Assembly (NCBI GenBank): GCA_017499595.2
Contig: CM039003.1
Span: forward strand, 1,798,001-1,862,000
Direction: 5' to 3'
DNA from: Psilocybe cubensis
Lineage: Eukaryota
Length of the DNA: 64,000 nt
Under the pieces are notes generated by a model, which worked only from the letters and a program-made list of their open reading frames with translations, made no database searches and was not told the origin of the DNA. This document shows, one piece after another, positions 62,268-64,000 of the stretch. A program made the translations under genes and the position numbers. Each line of letters opens with the position of its first letter. The stretch's first letter is position 1.

Positions 62268-64000
62268 TCAGTCTTCATCAAAACCTGCAAAGGACTCCTG
62301 TTCTGCCTCTATGTCGCTGGTATCGTGTTCCGTACCGAACACAACGGCATACTGTATGTTGGTACACAGATGAAATGACCGTTCCTTCTCGTATTGAGTC
62401 ATAGTGTACGCCACCATAACAAAGGAGTTAGGTGGAATCTCTCCGCGACGCCATCTAGGTAGCAATTCGTCTAACCGGTCGAGGTCAGTGTTGAAATTGA
62501 AGGCATGGTTACGTGAATCATATATGGGAACTAATATATGACATTGTCAGTGGTTTGAAGCACATACAATGTTGATAACTTACTAGTGTCGGTTGAATCC
62601 ATCATGGTCTTGAACCTGGTGCTTGATTTAAGTGCTTTTCGGCTTCCTCCTTGGAGTTTGGCATCTTTCTGTCCAGAAAGTATGCCGGGTGTCCTAGGAG
62701 GTTTTGAAGGAGAGATTGATTCCCGCTCCGCTATTTGAGTGAGTGTCTGAGTGAGTACAAAAAGAAAAAAAAAAAAAAGTAAGCATATGTGCCCACTGAC
62801 ATTTAACTCCCATAGTGCCAAAGGTGATTGCCTTATCACGGATAGAGGCTACCATAACCTGATGTCCGAACGCCATGCAAGCAAATCCAGCGAAGCGTTC
62901 CCACTCCTGGTGCATCATGTGACCAGACAAAAATTTGTTACACAGTCCTTTGGATATCGGCTCCAATAGATACGAATCGCGGGTGAGAATTGCACTCAGG
63001 CAGATAGCAGGCACCGAGTTGCACTGCAAAGTGGCACGCTTACGATCGTTTCCCATATACAGGATGCTGACGTCCAGAGGCGAAACCCGCGAAGGATTGA
63101 TAAAGTTCTTGTTCCTTACAAAAGTCACAGCGTCATAAGCGTTTCTATATAACATAGTAGAGAGAGTAAGCAATACGCATCATTAAGTAAAGTATAGCAA
63201 AGGCTTTACGAAACTCACTCAAAATTCATCTCAGGGAAATTCTCACCGCAGAGAGAAAAAGAAACACAGTCGACTGGTGCCATGACATTAGGCGAGTTCC
63301 ATTGCTTGAGAATACCATGCCTTGAAATAGTCAAAACAAAACATCGATTATCTTAGAAGGTAAAAACTTACTGAAGATTGGGAAGGTCAACGTAAGTGCT
63401 TTCTAAAAGACTATCTTGTAAATCTGTCTTCGTAACTTCGCATTTCTTCGGCAGATGTCTTAAGGTCAGACACAAATCAAGTCAGACAACAGATTGAAGA
63501 TGACATATGGGTACGTTAACTTACTTGACCGAGAAGCGCATGGTATCCTCCATCAGAGCCGGCCCGTTCAATCCAAGACTGGGAGTTTTGTTCACAGGAC
63601 CGGCAGGCACAACATCCTTGAACTTGCGGGGAACTCGAACTGGAGTGACAGGTGTAGGGGGAGCTTCAACAGCGGCATTGATTGGAACAGCTGTCAAAGA
63701 AGATTGAAACTGCACTTGTCGAGTTTTTGGCTGTTCAGAAAGACTGGCCATAACCACATCAGAATGCGCGTCGATAGATTTGGCACTGTTGAATAAAGGT
63801 AGATAAAGACGATCACATATATTGGCATGACGGATATTTACCTTATTACAGACGCCTTAAATTGAACAGGGGGGTCCAAAGTCGAATGTTCGGTTTTAAG
63901 AGCATCTGCTTCACTGTACTTTTCATACGCATCATCGAGCGCTTTGAGCAACTTGCTAGAGGAAGGACCGCTGGGGAGAGCATTGGAAGATGGATAAGTG
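62268..64000 (-). CDS. Helitron-associated multi-exon gene; candidate OB-fold ssDNA-binding protein with acidic tail (5' end outside the window)
   Basis: Exons splice in frame: ...HLPKKCEVTKTDLQDSLLESTYVDLPNL|...|NAYDAVTFVRNKNFINPSR...HQEWERFAGF...AITFGT|...T|IPIYDSRNHAF...EIPPNSFVMVAYTMTQY...LCTNIQYAVVFG...EAEQESFAGFDED*. The gene is well supported; the SSB function is inference. Confidence 0.6.

Larger units (their letters stand above)
44214..64000 (-). mobile_element. Large autonomous Helitron-type rolling-circle transposon, copy 2 (at least 19.8 kb; 5' end outside the window)
   Basis: Intact Rep-helicase ORF, 3' hairpin terminus at 44214, a second copy nearby and several cargo genes. Including 61.6-64 kb in the element is inferred from co-orientation and the lack of a visible 5' boundary. 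Confidence 0.9.

Overview
Intron-rich fungal (agaricomycete-type basidiomycete) genomic DNA in two parts. (1) About 1-33 kb is a dense housekeeping region: Spo71-like gene (5' part), alternative oxidase (CGG-N7-CGG motif in its promoter), CENP-B/Tc5 HTH protein, S/T-rich single-pass membrane protein, Zn2Cys6 transcription factor, TOM22, NDUFA9, UPF0390 protein, SAS10/UTP3, FCF2, COQ5, cullin-1 and a ~22-exon DUF6534-type membrane protein. (2) About 34.1-64 kb holds two same-orientation (minus-strand) copies of a large Helitron-type rolling-circle transposon. They look identical over 7,177 bp (34120-41296 = 44214-51390) and start at the same hairpin + CAAG|T 3' terminus with unrelated flanks. 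Between them lie a 100-N assembly gap and a tandem pair of GH17 glucanase genes. The longer copy (at least 19.8 kb, 5' end beyond the window) carries three co-oriented genes: a candidate OB-fold ssDNA-binding protein with an acidic tail; an intronless 2,785-codon Rep(HUH/Y2)-PIF1 transposase fused to a C-terminal USP-fold cysteine protease-like domain; and a divergent Spt5 (NGN + KOW) paralog. Further cargo is a Pth11-like 7TM gene and a C2HC zinc-finger gene. This SSB / RepHel-isopeptidase / Spt5 cassette is the best candidate for an undescribed system. Domain calls come from motif recognition by eye, and exon boundaries were read manually; no searches were run.
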